A DNA stretch of 64,000 nt from Lachnospiraceae bacterium (GCA_024698145.1 JAILRO010000014.1:8356-72355); one strand, 5' to 3'. Positions 19,121 through 30,471 are shown, numbered from the stretch's first letter. The notes: generated by a model not told the origin, from the sequence alone. Made by a program: numbers and translations.

Positions 19121-19308
19121 TCTAAGGTAAGTCTGAAATTTAATAGTGCTGGTTACGGCTATGTTTTTCATTATTAAGATAAATGTACGCAATACCCGCA
19201 CGAACAGGTTCCCCAAGTGAATCATTTATTGATTCCCAAGCGGAGCGTGAGTACCTTTAAGTCGATCGGATATCGACTTAGTAAGAATAATAATAGGAGG
19301 GAAGTAAC

Positions 19309-19779
19309 GTGCCACGTAAAGGACATATTCAAAAGAGAGACGTATTAGCGGATCCGATTTATAATAGCAAAGTGGTTACCAAGCTTATCAATAACATTAT
19401 GTTAGATGGTAAGAAGGGTGTAGCCCAGAAGATCGTCTATGGCGCATTCGATCGTATTGCCGATGAGACAGGCAAGCCTGCTTTGGATGTATTTGAAGAG
19501 GCTCTTAACAATATCATGCCTGTACTTGAGGTTAAGGCAAGACGTATCGGTGGTGCTACTTATCAGGTACCTATCGATGTAAGACCTGATAGAAGACAGG
19601 CTTTGGCTCTTCGTTGGTTGACAACATACTCTCGTGCAAGATCTGAGAAGACTATGGAAGAGAGATTAGCCAAAGAGTTATTAGATGCAGCTAATAATAC
19701 AGGTGCATCAGTTAAGAAGAAAGAAGATATGCATAAGATGGCAGAGGCTAATAAGGCATTTGCGCATTATCGCTTCTAA
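19309..19779 (+). CDS. rpsG: 30S ribosomal protein S7
   Basis: GTG start after a GGAGGG RBS. '[27 protein letters not shown]' is a typical S7 N-terminus. Confidence 0.97.
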   Translation: MPRKGHIQKRDVLADPIYNSKVVTKLINNIMLDGKKGVAQKIVYGAFDRIADETGKPALDVFEEALNNIMPVLEVKARRIGGATYQVPIDVRPDRRQALALRWLTTYSRARSEKTMEERLAKELLDAANNTGASVKKKEDMHKMAEANKAFAHYRF

Positions 19780-19828
19780 TTTGATTTTTTCTTAGTATAT
19801 ACAATACTAGAATAAGGAGGAAATAATC

Positions 19829-21949
19829 TTGGCAGGAAGAGAATACCCGTTAGAGAGAACCAGAAATATCGGTATCATGGCTCATATCGATGCAGGTAAG
19901 ACTACATTGACAGAGCGTATCCTTTATTATACTGGTGTTAACTATAAGATTGGTGAGACCTACGAAGGTACTGCTACCATGGACTGGATGGAGCAGGAGC
20001 AGGAAAGAGGTATCACAATCACTTCCGCTGCTACTACATGTCATTGGACATTACAGGAGCAGGCTAAGCCAAAGGCCGGCGCATTAGAGCATCGTATTAA
20101 CATTATCGATACTCCGGGACACGTTGACTTTACCGTAGAGGTTGAGCGTTCACTTCGTGTACTTGACGGTGCGGTTGGTGTCTTTGATGCAAAGGGTGGT
20201 GTTGAGCCTCAGTCAGAGAACGTATGGCGTCAGGCTGACACTTACAAAGTACCTCGTATGGCATTTGTTAATAAGATGGACATTCTTGGTGCTAATTTCC
20301 CTAACACAGTAGCAGAGATTGGTACAAAGTTAGGAAAGAACGCAGTAGTTATTCAGTTACCTATCGGTAAGGAAGACTACTTCAAGGGAATTATCGATTT
20401 GTTCGAAATGAAAGCCTACATCTACAATGATTCAAAGGGTGAGGATATTTCAATCGAGGATATTCCGGAAGATATGAAGGACGAGGCTGAAGAAGCTCAT
20501 ACAGAGCTTGTTGAGAAGATCGTTGAGTTTGATGATGCATTGATGGAGAAGTACCTTGAGGGTGAAGAGCCTTCAGTAGCTGAGCTTAAGGCTGCACTTC
20601 GTAAGGCTACAATCTCAAATGAGGGTGTACCTGTATGTTGTGGTTCTGCTCATCAGAACAAAGGTATCCAGAAGCTTCTTGATGCTATTATCGAGTTCAT
20701 GCCTGCACCTACAGATATCCCTGATATCACAGGTGTTGACGAGGATGGTAATGAGGTAACAAGAAAGTCATCAGATGACGAGCCATTCTCAGCTCTCGCA
20801 TTTAAGATTGTAACAGATCCATTCGTAGGTAAGCTTGCTTACTTCAGAGTTTACTCTGGTTCTGTTAACTCAGGATCTTATGTATTAAATGCTACAAAGG
20901 GCAAGAAAGAGCGTGTTGGACGTATCGTTCAGATGCATGCTAACAGCCGTACAGAGATAGATAAGGTTTACTCAGGAGATATCGCTGCTGCAGTTGGATT
21001 TAAGACAACTAGTACAGGTGATACAATCTGTGATGAGCAGCATCCTGTTATTCTTGAGTCTATGGAGTTCCCTGAGCCGGTTATCGAGCTTGCTATTGAG
21101 CCTAAGACTAAGGGAGATCAGGGTAAGCTTGGCGAGTCACTTGCAAAGCTTGCTGAAGAGGATCCTACATTCCGTGCTCATACTAACCAGGAGACTGGTC
21201 AGACAATCATCGCCGGAATGGGTGAGCTTCACCTTGAGATTATCGTAGACAGACTTCTTCGTGAGTTTAAGGTAGAGGCTAATGTTGGTGAGCCTCAGGT
21301 TGCATATAAAGAGACATTTACTAAGGCAGTTGACGTTGAGAGCAAATACGCTAAACAGTCAGGTGGTCGTGGACAGTATGGTCACTGTAAGGTTCGTTTC
21401 GAGCCTATGGATGCTAACGGCGAGGAGCTTTTCAAGTTCGATACAGAGGTTGTCGGTGGTGCTATTCCTAAGGAGTACATCCCTGCAGTCGGCGAAGGTA
21501 TCGAAGAGGCAATGCATGCAGGTATTCTTGCAGGATTCCCTGTTGTTGGTGTACATGCAACTGTATATGATGGTTCATACCATGAAGTCGATTCATCAGA
21601 AATGGCATTCCACATTGCAGGTTCTATGGCATTCAAGGATGCTATGGCTAAGGCGTCACCTGTACTTCTTGAGCCTATCATGAAGGTAGAGGTAACAATG
21701 CCTGAGGAATATCTTGGTGATGTAATCGGTGATATCAACTCAAGACGTGGACGTATTGAGGGAATGGATGATGTTGGTAACGGTAAGATCGTTAAGGCTT
21801 ATGTTCCACTTGCTGAAATGTTCGGTTACGCAACAGACCTTCGTTCATCTACTCAGGGACGTGGTAACTACTCAATGTTCTTCGAGAAGTATGAGCCGGT
21901 TCCAAAGAGCGTTCAGGAAAAAGTTGTCAACGCTAAGAAGGGCAACTAA
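19829..21949 (+). CDS. fusA: elongation factor G
   Basis: TTG start after AAGGAGG. G-domain motifs 'AHIDAGKTT','DTPGHVDF','NKMD'. Full-length, 706 aa. Confidence 0.97.
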   Translation: MAGREYPLERTRNIGIMAHIDAGKTTLTERILYYTGVNYKIGETYEGTATMDWMEQEQERGITITSAATTCHWTLQEQAKPKAGALEHRINIIDTPGHVDFTVEVERSLRVLDGAVGVFDAKGGVEPQSENVWRQADTYKVPRMAFVNKMDILGANFPNTVAEIGTKLGKNAVVIQLPIGKEDYFKGIIDLFEMKAYIYNDSKGEDISIEDIPEDMKDEAEEAHTELVEKIVEFDDALMEKYLEGEEPSVAELKAALRKATISNEGVPVCCGSAHQNKGIQKLLDAIIEFMPAPTDIPDITGVDEDGNEVTRKSSDDEPFSALAFKIVTDPFVGKLAYFRVYSGSVNSGSYVLNATKGKKERVGRIVQMHANSRTEIDKVYSGDIAAAVGFKTTSTGDTICDEQHPVILESMEFPEPVIELAIEPKTKGDQGKLGESLAKLAEEDPTFRAHTNQETGQTIIAGMGELHLEIIVDRLLREFKVEANVGEPQVAYKETFTKAVDVESKYAKQSGGRGQYGHCKVRFEPMDANGEELFKFDTEVVGGAIPKEYIPAVGEGIEEAMHAGILAGFPVVGVHATVYDGSYHEVDSSEMAFHIAGSMAFKDAMAKASPVLLEPIMKVEVTMPEEYLGDVIGDINSRRGRIEGMDDVGNGKIVKAYVPLAEMFGYATDLRSSTQGRGNYSMFFEKYEPVPKSVQEKVVNAKKGN

Positions 21950-22010
21950 TTAAAGTAAAATAACGTATTTATCACGAACTATCAGTTTGTGAAAGTTTAT
22001 AAGAAAACAC

Positions 22011-22039
22011 TTGAAAATATTGGATAATTTTAATATAAT
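22011..22039 (+). promoter_or_regulatory. internal promoter upstream of tuf (TTGAAA-17-TATAAT)
   Basis: -35 TTGAAA at 22011-22016, a 17-nt spacer, and -10 TATAAT at 22034-22039, in the fusA-tuf spacer. Confidence 0.5.
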
Positions 22040-22093
22040 CAGTGTTAGCGGATTTAAAAAGCCCATAGAGGCGAATTTAAGGAGGATTTTAAA

Positions 22094-23281
22094 ATGTCAA
22101 AAGCTAAGTTTGAAAGAACAAAACCGCATTGTAACATCGGTACAATTGGACACGTAGACCATGGTAAAACAACTTTGACTGCAGCTATTACTAAGACTCT
22201 TCATGAGAGATTAGGTACAGGTGAGGCTGTAGCATTCGAGAATATCGATAAGGCACCCGAAGAGAGAGAAAGAGGAATCACAATTTCTACTGCTCACGTT
22301 GAGTATGAGACAGAGAAGCGTCACTATGCACACGTTGACTGTCCAGGACATGCTGACTACGTTAAGAACATGATCACTGGTGCAGCTCAGATGGATGGTG
22401 CTATCCTCGTTGTTGCTGCAACTGATGGTGTTATGGCTCAGACAAAGGAGCATATCCTTCTTTCACGTCAGGTAGGTGTTCCTTACATCGTTGTATTCCT
22501 TAACAAGTGCGATATGGTTGATGACGAAGAGCTTATCGAGCTTGTAGAGATGGAAGTAACAGAGCAGTTAGAGGAGTATGGATTTACTGATTGTCCTATC
22601 ATCAAGGGTTCTGCTCTTAAGGCTCTTGAAGATCCTTCAGGAGAGTGGGGAGATAAGATCCTCGAGTTAATGAGCACAGTTGATGAGTACATTCCTGATC
22701 CTCAGCGTGCAACAGATCAGCCATTCCTTATGCCTGTAGAGGACGTATTCACAATCACAGGTCGTGGTACAGTTGCTACTGGTAGAGTAGAGCGTGGTGT
22801 TCTTCACCTTAATGATGAAGTTGAAATCATCGGTGTTAAGGAAGAGACACAGAAGACTGTTGTAACTGGTATCGAGATGTTCCGTAAGCTTCTTGACGAG
22901 GCTCAGGCTGGTGATAACATCGGTGCACTTCTTCGTGGTATCCAGAGAACAGACATCGTTCGTGGACAGGTTGTTGCTAAGCCGGGTTCAGTAACATGTC
23001 ATAAGAAGTTCACAGCTCAGGTTTACGTTCTTACTAAGGACGAGGGTGGACGTCATACACCTTTCTTCAACAACTATCGTCCTCAGTTCTACTTCAGAAC
23101 AACAGACGTAACTGGTGTTTGTGAGTTACCTGCAGGTACAGAGATGTGTATGCCTGGTGATAACGTAGAGATGACTATCGAGCTTATTCATCCAGTAGCT
23201 ATGGAGCAGGGTCTTACATTCGCTATCCGTGAGGGTGGTAGAACAGTAGGTTCTGGTCGTGTAGCTTCAATCATCGAGTAA
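22094..23281 (+). CDS. tuf: elongation factor Tu
   Basis: '[28 protein letters not shown]','DCPGHADY','NKCD'. 395 aa. Confidence 0.98.
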   Translation: MSKAKFERTKPHCNIGTIGHVDHGKTTLTAAITKTLHERLGTGEAVAFENIDKAPEERERGITISTAHVEYETEKRHYAHVDCPGHADYVKNMITGAAQMDGAILVVAATDGVMAQTKEHILLSRQVGVPYIVVFLNKCDMVDDEELIELVEMEVTEQLEEYGFTDCPIIKGSALKALEDPSGEWGDKILELMSTVDEYIPDPQRATDQPFLMPVEDVFTITGRGTVATGRVERGVLHLNDEVEIIGVKEETQKTVVTGIEMFRKLLDEAQAGDNIGALLRGIQRTDIVRGQVVAKPGSVTCHKKFTAQVYVLTKDEGGRHTPFFNNYRPQFYFRTTDVTGVCELPAGTEMCMPGDNVEMTIELIHPVAMEQGLTFAIREGGRTVGSGRVASIIE

Positions 23282-23322
23282 TATACACGTTAGCTTTGAG
23301 CTAAGCGCATAAATACAAATAG

Positions 23323-23360
23323 AACAGCCCTTCGTGCTTGCACGATAAGGGCTGTTTTTA
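23323..23360 (+). terminator. intrinsic terminator after tuf
   Basis: Stem ACAGCCCTT(CGTG)/(CACG..)AAGGGCTGT followed by TTTTT. Confidence 0.8.
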
Positions 23361-23380
23361 TTTGTATTTATAGGCATTTA

Positions 23381-23457
23381 GCGAATGCCGTGACCGAGCC
23401 GACAGGCGAGGTGCGCGAGATAGGGCGAATGCCGTGACCGAGCCGACAGGCGAGGTG
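23381..23457 (+). repeat. perfect 33-bp direct repeat (two units, 44-bp period)
   Basis: 'gcgaatgccgtgaccgagccgacaggcgaggtg' occurs at 23381-23413 and again at 23425-23457. The first unit is preceded by the small hairpin GGCATT-tagcg-AATGCC. Confidence 0.85.
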
Positions 23458-23575
23458 TGTATTAAGTTTTTTCAAACATTTTTTACCTAAATTTTAAAAA
23501 ATATGTTATAATCAAACATAAGCAATTTATTTTATGGGGTATATTGTAACCACGTGATGATTGGAGGAAGTGCTT

Positions 23576-25627
23576 ATGAAAAACATGAAACTTAGTGTTA
23601 AGATTACAATCGTAATTTCTATTGTTTTGGCCATTTGCCTGTTTGGTATGTTTTTTGTATCAAACCGCAATATGTCGACTACTATGACAAAGATGGCTGA
23701 GAATACTCTTATGACATCATTGGATATCAAGACACAGATTATTGATGAATATATTTCCAATGCGGAGACTGTTCTTACAGCTTTTAGTAAGAGTGGAGAA
23801 CTTCGCGAATTTGTTAAAAATCCGGAAGACGAAGAACTAAAGAATAAAGCGCAGAGTTATAATGAAGATTTTTATTCATCAATTCCTGATTGGGAAGGAA
23901 TTTATCTGGATACATGGGATTCAACTGTTATAACTCATTCAAATCCGCAAGTTCCGGGTATGGTAATGAGAACGGATGATGCGTTAACACAACTTCAGGA
24001 TAGCATTCTTTCAGCCGGTGATGGAGTGAAAAACTTGGGTATAGTTCAATCTCCTGCTTCCGGACAACTTGTTATATCGATGTATAAAGCCATTTATGAC
24101 GGAGAAAAGCCTATTGGATTTGTAGGAGGTGCAATACTTGCAGGTGGCCTTAAAGAAATGTTGGATGCATCCATGGCAGAAGGCTTCGAAGGAGCTACAT
24201 ATTCTCTTGTTAATCTGAACACAGATATGTTTATCTTTGACAGTGATGAGTCGCTTATTTATACGGAAATCGGAACTACGGCTGATGCTGAGTTTGCGAA
24301 GGTTGTTGAGGAGATTAAGAACTCTTCTGATGAGTCAGGTAAGCTTCAATATACAGACAGTAACGGTGAAGATTATATTTTAGTTTACAAGGTTTTAAGC
24401 GATCGTGGATGGGCATTTATAATGAAGGATACAACCCAAGAAGTATATGCCGATGTCATAATCGGAAGAAGAGCACTTCTTATAGTATGTATTGTTGTAT
24501 TCTTAATAATTGTAATTATATCTAATGTCGTTATTCGTTATGAGACAAGACCTATTGGTGATATAGTTAATTCTATTAAGAGACTTGGAGAACTTGATCT
24601 TGTTGAGGATGCTGCGGTTGAAAAATACGCAGGATTACAAAGCGAAGTAGGAGAAATTGCAACGGCAGTTCACAATCTGACAGATAGTTTAAGTTCTATT
24701 ATTAATACACTTGGCCTTTGCTCTGATTCTCTTTCAAACAACGCTAATGAGATGAATGGAACATTCCAAGAGCTTCGTGGTAATATTGAGAACAATGCGG
24801 CAACAACAGAGCAGTTATCAGCAAGTATTACCAATACTAACGATGCTATCAATAAGATGAGTGGTGAAATGAATAAGATGGGAGAAATGATAGAAGATAT
24901 CTCTCGTCAGGTAACAAACGGTTCAGATATGAGTGACCAACTCATTGAAAACTCTGACGCGATGTCGGCTAAAACGGATGCTAAGCTTAACAGTAGTTTG
25001 CAGAAGATATCTGAGACTAAGAATAACATCCAAGAGGCTATGGATGCATTGTCTGCACTTTCGAAGATTAACGAAATGGCTTCGCAGATTCTCGATATTA
25101 CCAGTCAAACCAATCTTCTTTCACTTAACGCTTCTATCGAGGCTGCAAGAGCAGGTGAGATGGGACGAGGTTTTGCAGTTGTTGCTGATGAGATTGGTAA
25201 GCTTGCAGATGATTCTACGCAGACGGCTGTCCAGATTCAGCATATCTGTGAAGAGTCTGATAAGAGTATTGAGAGGGTCGGTGCTTGCTTTAAGGATATC
25301 ATAGAGTTTATGGAGACAGATATTGCCGGACACTTCCAGGAGTTTTCGGATATGGCAAGGGAATACGGAGAAGACGTCAAGAACATTAAGGATGCGATTA
25401 ATTCAATTGAAGAAACATCTAACAACTTCGTTGAATCAATGCAGAATATTAAGCACTCTGTTGAGCAGGTTAGTGCAGCATCCGATAATAATGAGCAGGG
25501 TGTGGAGTATATTATTGAGAAAAATAATGAGACAACAGAGACTGCCGACAGAATAATAAGAGTTGCCGAAGAAAACAGCGATAACGCAAAAGAGATTAAT
25601 GATATTATTGACAAGTTCAATAGATGA
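23576..25627 (+). CDS. methyl-accepting chemotaxis protein (Cache-type sensor, HAMP, MCP signalling domain)
   Basis: ATG at 23576 lies 7 nt after GGAGGA. Two TM helices flank a roughly 280-aa extracytoplasmic domain. Conserved hairpin tip '[30 protein letters not shown]'. Confidence 0.9.
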   Translation: MKNMKLSVKITIVISIVLAICLFGMFFVSNRNMSTTMTKMAENTLMTSLDIKTQIIDEYISNAETVLTAFSKSGELREFVKNPEDEELKNKAQSYNEDFYSSIPDWEGIYLDTWDSTVITHSNPQVPGMVMRTDDALTQLQDSILSAGDGVKNLGIVQSPASGQLVISMYKAIYDGEKPIGFVGGAILAGGLKEMLDASMAEGFEGATYSLVNLNTDMFIFDSDESLIYTEIGTTADAEFAKVVEEIKNSSDESGKLQYTDSNGEDYILVYKVLSDRGWAFIMKDTTQEVYADVIIGRRALLIVCIVVFLIIVIISNVVIRYETRPIGDIVNSIKRLGELDLVEDAAVEKYAGLQSEVGEIATAVHNLTDSLSSIINTLGLCSDSLSNNANEMNGTFQELRGNIENNAATTEQLSASITNTNDAINKMSGEMNKMGEMIEDISRQVTNGSDMSDQLIENSDAMSAKTDAKLNSSLQKISETKNNIQEAMDALSALSKINEMASQILDITSQTNLLSLNASIEAARAGEMGRGFAVVADEIGKLADDSTQTAVQIQHICEESDKSIERVGACFKDIIEFMETDIAGHFQEFSDMAREYGEDVKNIKDAINSIEETSNNFVESMQNIKHSVEQVSAASDNNEQGVEYIIEKNNETTETADRIIRVAEENSDNAKEINDIIDKFNR

Positions 25628-25635
25628 ATCTTGAA

Positions 25636-25677
25636 ATAAAAAGAGACCGAATCAGGGTTTACTGATTCGGTCTCTTT
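25636..25677. terminator. bidirectional terminator between convergent genes
   Basis: 14-bp stem AGAGACCGAATCAG/CTGATTCGGTCTCT flanked by an A-run upstream and a T-run downstream. Confidence 0.75.
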
Positions 25678-25828
25678 GTACTATAACATTTAACATTTGA
25701 GATGCAAAATCACCAAAGTCTGCTTTGGAATTACCAATATCATTAGACTTGGCAACTTTGTTGCCTATTATAAATATACTTACAGAGCATCCGATGAAGA
25801 CGCCCAATAAAAGTGCTAAAAGAAACAT
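25652..25828 (-). CDS. possible small membrane protein (58 aa)
   Basis: Not in the ORF track (<60 aa). The ATG lies 7 nt after a GGAGGT that overlaps the stop of the upstream 465-aa gene. Predicted sequence 'MFLLALLLGVFIGCSVSIFIIGNK...' is one TM helix plus a polar tail. Confidence 0.4.
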   Translation of the reverse strand: MFLLALLLGVFIGCSVSIFIIGNKVAKSNDIGNSKADFGDFASQMLNVIVQRDRISKP

Positions 25829-25840
25829 ATATGATACCTC

Positions 25841-27238
25841 CTACTGTCCACGGTTTTTAACAAAGTTATTAGTTGCAGAAGAGCTTGTTAATTTCATGCT
25901 TTCCTTAACTTTCTTAAGGTTTGAAAATCCTGCAATCATTCCGGAACCGGCAAAAATAAGTATTGTAATAAGCAATTTCATAGTTCCTTCGCTGTCTGTA
26001 TCCTGCAAAAGCCAGTACATAACGAAAGTTGCAATTACAGAGAATACTACAGCCAGTACGGCAAATGAGCTTGCAACCTTGCCTCTGTCGTAAGGTATAC
26101 CACCTACAATCTTTTCTGTTTGTCCGTTGACAAGCAATGTGTATGGGACATCTTCGTATCTGAAGGTCAAAAACCACGCCGGGAACATAGCATATTGTGT
26201 TTTCAGTATCTTGTAGTCAGGAGCATTTTTGATAACGGAAATAGAATGTGCTTTAATGGTTTCGTTAACTGCTTCCTGGAAAAGAGCATATGCTCGCTGA
26301 AGTGCTAAAGTATCAACTTCCGAGGTTGTGACATCATATGTATCGGCATAAAAACCGGACAGATATTCAAGCGCAAATGGTCTCATTTTATTAGTGTAGT
26401 AAGGCTCGAGTCGCTGTGAACTCTCGTCGTTTAACTGTCTTGAAGCATCGAGTGTAATCTCTTTGAAGTTACAATCTGCCTCGCGGTAATAGTAGTATGT
26501 GTGCTCGTTCTTACCGCTGCCAACCTTGCCTTTTAGATACTGTTTGTCGTGATAATATACATCATAAAGCCAGAATGGAATATAAATACCTCTGACTCTT
26601 TCTAATTCAAAGTTCTTGATTGCGTCAGGCACAAAAAATCCCTTGTTTAATCTTTTCCTAATTACTTCGATAGCGGTCTCTTTTGTAACGGAGAACGGTA
26701 TTATGTACTTGGGTTTTCTTTGCGAATCCACGCGGTTAAATACAACTGTAGGCTGACCACAGAAAGAACAGAAAGTAGAAGCCTCAACATCGTTGATGGC
26801 AACTTCGGCACCACAGGAAGTACATGTGTATATCTTACATTCCATTGTCTCGTTATCAAGGTCGAGCTGTTCTTGAGAAGCTTCGTCGCCATGGTCGTAT
26901 ACGGGATTATCAAATGTGCTTTCCGGATTGAAGGATACGTCTCCTTCTTCACGTTTTAATGATAATCCTTGCGAGGGACTGCTCGATACGGCAGGTGCCT
27001 CTGTATCATTTAACTTGAGCGATATTTTTTCTGTATCGTCATGTTTGATTTTTAATGTAGATGTTTTGTTATCAGCTTCGTCAAAGGAGCTGTATTTAAG
27101 TTCTTTTTGTCCACGAGCTTGAAAATCATCTTTTAACTCGCTGGGATCGTATAAACTGTCACAGGCATCGCATTTCATTTTGCCTGTTTCCGGGTCGAAC
27201 ATTAACGCGGCGCCACATGCCGGACAATCGATAACCAT
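25841..27238 (-). CDS. uncharacterised double zinc-ribbon membrane protein (465 aa)
   Basis: GGGAGG RBS. Zinc ribbons 'CPACG..CDAC' and 'CTSCG..CSFCG', a roughly 230-aa conserved-looking soluble core ('GIYIPFWLYDVYY'), and C-terminal TM helices. Confidence 0.8.
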   Translation of the reverse strand: MVIDCPACGAALMFDPETGKMKCDACDSLYDPSELKDDFQARGQKELKYSSFDEADNKTSTLKIKHDDTEKISLKLNDTEAPAVSSSPSQGLSLKREEGDVSFNPESTFDNPVYDHGDEASQEQLDLDNETMECKIYTCTSCGAEVAINDVEASTFCSFCGQPTVVFNRVDSQRKPKYIIPFSVTKETAIEVIRKRLNKGFFVPDAIKNFELERVRGIYIPFWLYDVYYHDKQYLKGKVGSGKNEHTYYYYREADCNFKEITLDASRQLNDESSQRLEPYYTNKMRPFALEYLSGFYADTYDVTTSEVDTLALQRAYALFQEAVNETIKAHSISVIKNAPDYKILKTQYAMFPAWFLTFRYEDVPYTLLVNGQTEKIVGGIPYDRGKVASSFAVLAVVFSVIATFVMYWLLQDTDSEGTMKLLITILIFAGSGMIAGFSNLKKVKESMKLTSSSATNNFVKNRGQ

Positions 27239-27386
27239 GAGATATCCTCCCTATTTTTGATATTCACATTTTATCACAGGATTCGACAAAAGAAAAGAAT
27301 GGACTTACCTTGTTGATATTCGAATGTTATTGTATAATGTATCTTATCGGAATATTTATATTAAGCACGGAAAGAGGTATCGGGGA

Positions 27387-28934
27387 ATGGATAAAAAGAA
27401 AATAATAATAATTGTGTCAATTGTTTTATTGGTGATTGTAGGTGTTGTAATAGCACTTAGGATTCATTACGTCAAGTCGGTTCCTGAACTTGATCAGCAG
27501 CCGGATTCGCTCATTGAGCCCAACGCCACAATTGAGGAGATTACAGAGGAATTGCCGGAAGAAAATGAGCAGGCTGACGAGACGGTGGGATACAACGTGA
27601 CCATTAATCCTTCGTCTTCGTGGGAGGAAAATGGGAAATATGTAACACAGTTCGATGTGGTGCTTACCAATGATTCTACGGCGTCTATAAGTGATTGGAA
27701 AATAACCTTCGATAATGTGGCTGATGGGGAGATTGTTAATTCATGGAATGGCAAGGTTGGAATAGCCGGTGGTGTCATGACATTAACGCCTGAGGACTAT
27801 AACACATCAGTAAATGTCGGAGATAAGGTTGAATGCGGCGTTCAGATTGCATTTGCCGATGGAGAGGCTGCCGGTAAGGTTTCCAAGAACGGTGTGCTGT
27901 ATGTAGGTGGCGAGAAGGTGGATGTATTGGCATCTGCAAATGATACTGTCGATGAGCAGACTTCTGAAACTACTGTAGCAAAAACAGAGGAAGAAAAAAC
28001 AAAGAAGGAAGTTAAAGCTGAAAGTGGAACACCTTATGACAATCACGGGGCACTGTCCGTCAAGGGGACAGATATTGTTGACAAGAACGGAGAAAAGTAT
28101 CAGTTAAAGGGCGTGAGTACACACGGCCTTTCTTGGTTTCCGGACTATGTGAACAAGGATGCCTTTGCTTCATTTCGCGATGACTGGGGCGCAAATATTG
28201 TAAGACTTGCAATGTACACTGATGAGGGCGGTGGATATTGTACGGATGGAGATAAAGCTAAGTTAAAAGCGCTTGTAAAATCGGGAATTGATGAAGCTAC
28301 AGAGCTTGGTATGTATGTAATTGTTGACTGGCATATTCTTCATGATTTGACACCTTTGAAATACGAGGATGAAGCCAAGAAGTTTTTCGAAGAAATAACG
28401 TCGGAATATAAGAACAGTGACAATATCATATATGAGATATGTAACGAACCAAACGGTGGTACACAGTGGCCGGACATCAAGAAGTATGCAGAGGATATCA
28501 TTCCAATAATTAAGAAGAATGACAGCAATGCGATTATTGTAGTAGGAACACCTAACTGGTCGCAGGATGTTGATATAGCAGCCAAAGATCCGATAACTGG
28601 TTATGACAATATCATGTACACGCTTCATTTCTATGCAGCAACTCAAAAGGATGACTTGAGAGGAAAATTAACCACAGCTAAAAATGCAGGACTTCCGATA
28701 TTTATAACCGAGTTCTCTATATGTGAGGCTTCCGGTAACGGAACGGTTGATTATGATTCTGCAAAGGCATGGTTTAATCTCATAAATGATAATAATCTTT
28801 CGTATTGTGCGTGGAATGTATCAAACAAGGATGAGAAGTCGTCGCTTATTAAGAGTGATGTCTCAAAGAAGTCCGGCTGGACGGAAGATGATTTATCGGA
28901 GACCGGCGTTTGGATTAGACAACAAATGAAATAG
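27387..28934 (+). CDS. GH5 cellulase with N-terminal membrane anchor and CBM-like module
   Basis: Start chosen at 'MDKKKIIIIVSIVLLVIVGV'. GH5 motifs are 'HGLSWF', acid/base 'ICNEPNG' and nucleophile 'FITEFS'. A beta-sandwich-like module lies at about aa 60-160. Confidence 0.88.
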   Translation: MDKKKIIIIVSIVLLVIVGVVIALRIHYVKSVPELDQQPDSLIEPNATIEEITEELPEENEQADETVGYNVTINPSSSWEENGKYVTQFDVVLTNDSTASISDWKITFDNVADGEIVNSWNGKVGIAGGVMTLTPEDYNTSVNVGDKVECGVQIAFADGEAAGKVSKNGVLYVGGEKVDVLASANDTVDEQTSETTVAKTEEEKTKKEVKAESGTPYDNHGALSVKGTDIVDKNGEKYQLKGVSTHGLSWFPDYVNKDAFASFRDDWGANIVRLAMYTDEGGGYCTDGDKAKLKALVKSGIDEATELGMYVIVDWHILHDLTPLKYEDEAKKFFEEITSEYKNSDNIIYEICNEPNGGTQWPDIKKYAEDIIPIIKKNDSNAIIVVGTPNWSQDVDIAAKDPITGYDNIMYTLHFYAATQKDDLRGKLTTAKNAGLPIFITEFSICEASGNGTVDYDSAKAWFNLINDNNLSYCAWNVSNKDEKSSLIKSDVSKKSGWTEDDLSETGVWIRQQMK

Positions 28935-28939
28935 AGCAG

Positions 28940-29125
28940 TCATTTCTGACTGCTCATGTAATCATCTATTATTTTCTGGATTGCATCTATGGAGAGGGGG
29001 TAATTAAACTCCCTTTTTATTTGTTCGGCGTCATATCCGTGATTAACAAGATGACGTATGGCACCTCCGTAATTAAAGTCCGTAACAAAATTACCTAATG
29101 CTTCATTGAAAAAATGATTCTCCAT
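28940..29125 (-). CDS. small hypothetical protein (61 aa)
   Basis: Lies directly downstream of the PaaK-like gene. The second ATG has 7-nt spacing from GGAG. No family recognised. Confidence 0.4.
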   Translation of the reverse strand: MENHFFNEALGNFVTDFNYGGAIRHLVNHGYDAEQIKREFNYPLSIDAIQKIIDDYMSSQK

Positions 29126-29148
29126 ACACATTCTCCGTTATAACATAA

Positions 29149-30471
29149 TTACTTCTTGAACTGGCTCTCCTCGAAGAGTGCACGCTTGTCGATAATACGA
29201 ACAGCTTTGCCCTCGCTTCTTGGAACTGTCTTAGGCGGTACAAGGTGAACACCAACAACAATACCGAGCATTGATTTGAGTGCTGATACAAGCTTCTTCT
29301 CGCGAGCAGCCTTGTCTGCGTCGTCTGCAGGTGCGTTGTCCGGCAACCACTCAACATCACAATCAATTGTGTCGCTGTTGCCCACACGGTCAACTGTAAG
29401 CTGGTAGTTAGCCTCATAGCCCTTGTTAAGAAGAACAGTCTCTATCTGTGAAGGGAATACGTTGACACCCTTAACAACCATCATATCATCACTACGTCCA
29501 AGTGGCTTACTCATTCTTATAAATGTACGTCCACATGAACATTTCTCTCTTGAAAGAACGCAGATGTCACGAGTTCTGTAACGCAAAAGTGGGAAAGCTT
29601 TCTTGGTAATACATGTGAATACCAACTCACCCTTCTCGCCGTCCGGAAGAACTTCTCCTGTCTGAGGGTTGATGATTTCTGCAATGAAATGATCCTCATT
29701 TACATGCATACCTCTCTGCTCTGAACACTCAAATGAGACACCGGGACCTGAGATTTCTGTAAGTCCGTAAATATCATACGCCTTGATGCCGAGAGAGTTC
29801 TCGATGTTTTTACGCATTTCCTCTGTCCATGCCTCGGCACCGAAGATACCGGCTTTTAATTTTAACTGATCTTTAACGCCACGCTCCGCGATGCTTTCGC
29901 CCAAGAATGCAGCGTATGAAGGGGTACAACAAAGAACTGTCGAACCCAAATCCGCCATGAACTGAATCTGACGGTCTGTATTACCTGAAGACATAGGGAT
30001 TGTAAGACAACCAAGCTTGTGTGAACCGCCATTTAATCCGGAACCACCTGTGAAAAGTCCGAAACCGTAGCTGACCTGAACAACGTCTTCTTCTGATGCA
30101 CCCGCAGCAACAAGTGCTCTTGCACAACAAGTATCCCAAATATCTATATCGTCCTGAGTATAAAATGATACCACGCGACGGCCGGTCGTTCCACTTGTTG
30201 AATGGATTCTTACGCAATCCTTAAGGGGTACGCCCAAAAGTCCGTATGGGTACTGGTCTCTCAAATCATCTTTTGTTATAAACGGAAGCTTGTGAAGATC
30301 CTCGATACCGTTGATATCTTCAGGCTTAACACCTGCTTCGTCCATTTTATTTCTGTAAAACTCAATGTTGTCGTATACGTGTTTAACTTGCTCTTTTAAT
30401 CGGTCACTTTGAAGCTTCTTGATATCGTCAACAGCCATCGTTTCGATATCCGAATTAAAATAATTGCCCAT
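29149..30471 (-). CDS. phenylacetate-CoA ligase family protein (PaaK/F390 synthetase-like adenylate-forming enzyme)
   Basis: Start set at 'MGNYFNSDIETM' (AAGGAGA RBS). AMP-binding motifs 'HSTSGTTGRR' and 'YGLTE', plus 'SDDMMVVKGVNVFP' typical of PaaK. Confidence 0.85.
   Translation of the reverse strand: MGNYFNSDIETMAVDDIKKLQSDRLKEQVKHVYDNIEFYRNKMDEAGVKPEDINGIEDLHKLPFITKDDLRDQYPYGLLGVPLKDCVRIHSTSGTTGRRVVSFYTQDDIDIWDTCCARALVAAGASEEDVVQVSYGFGLFTGGSGLNGGSHKLGCLTIPMSSGNTDRQIQFMADLGSTVLCCTPSYAAFLGESIAERGVKDQLKLKAGIFGAEAWTEEMRKNIENSLGIKAYDIYGLTEISGPGVSFECSEQRGMHVNEDHFIAEIINPQTGEVLPDGEKGELVFTCITKKAFPLLRYRTRDICVLSREKCSCGRTFIRMSKPLGRSDDMMVVKGVNVFPSQIETVLLNKGYEANYQLTVDRVGNSDTIDCDVEWLPDNAPADDADKAAREKKLVSALKSMLGIVVGVHLVPPKTVPRSEGKAVRIIDKRALFEESQFKK

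Noticed and set aside
20994-21953. Several 65-133-aa ORFs in alternative frames and strands within fusA (for example 21282-21683 plus, 21382-21738 minus)
   Set aside because: They are fully embedded in the highly conserved EF-G coding frame and have compositionally biased translations. They are shadow ORFs.
23381-23457. Direct repeats as a minimal CRISPR array
   Set aside because: There are only two units with an 11-bp spacer. There are no cas genes and no leader, so this is inconsistent with CRISPR architecture.
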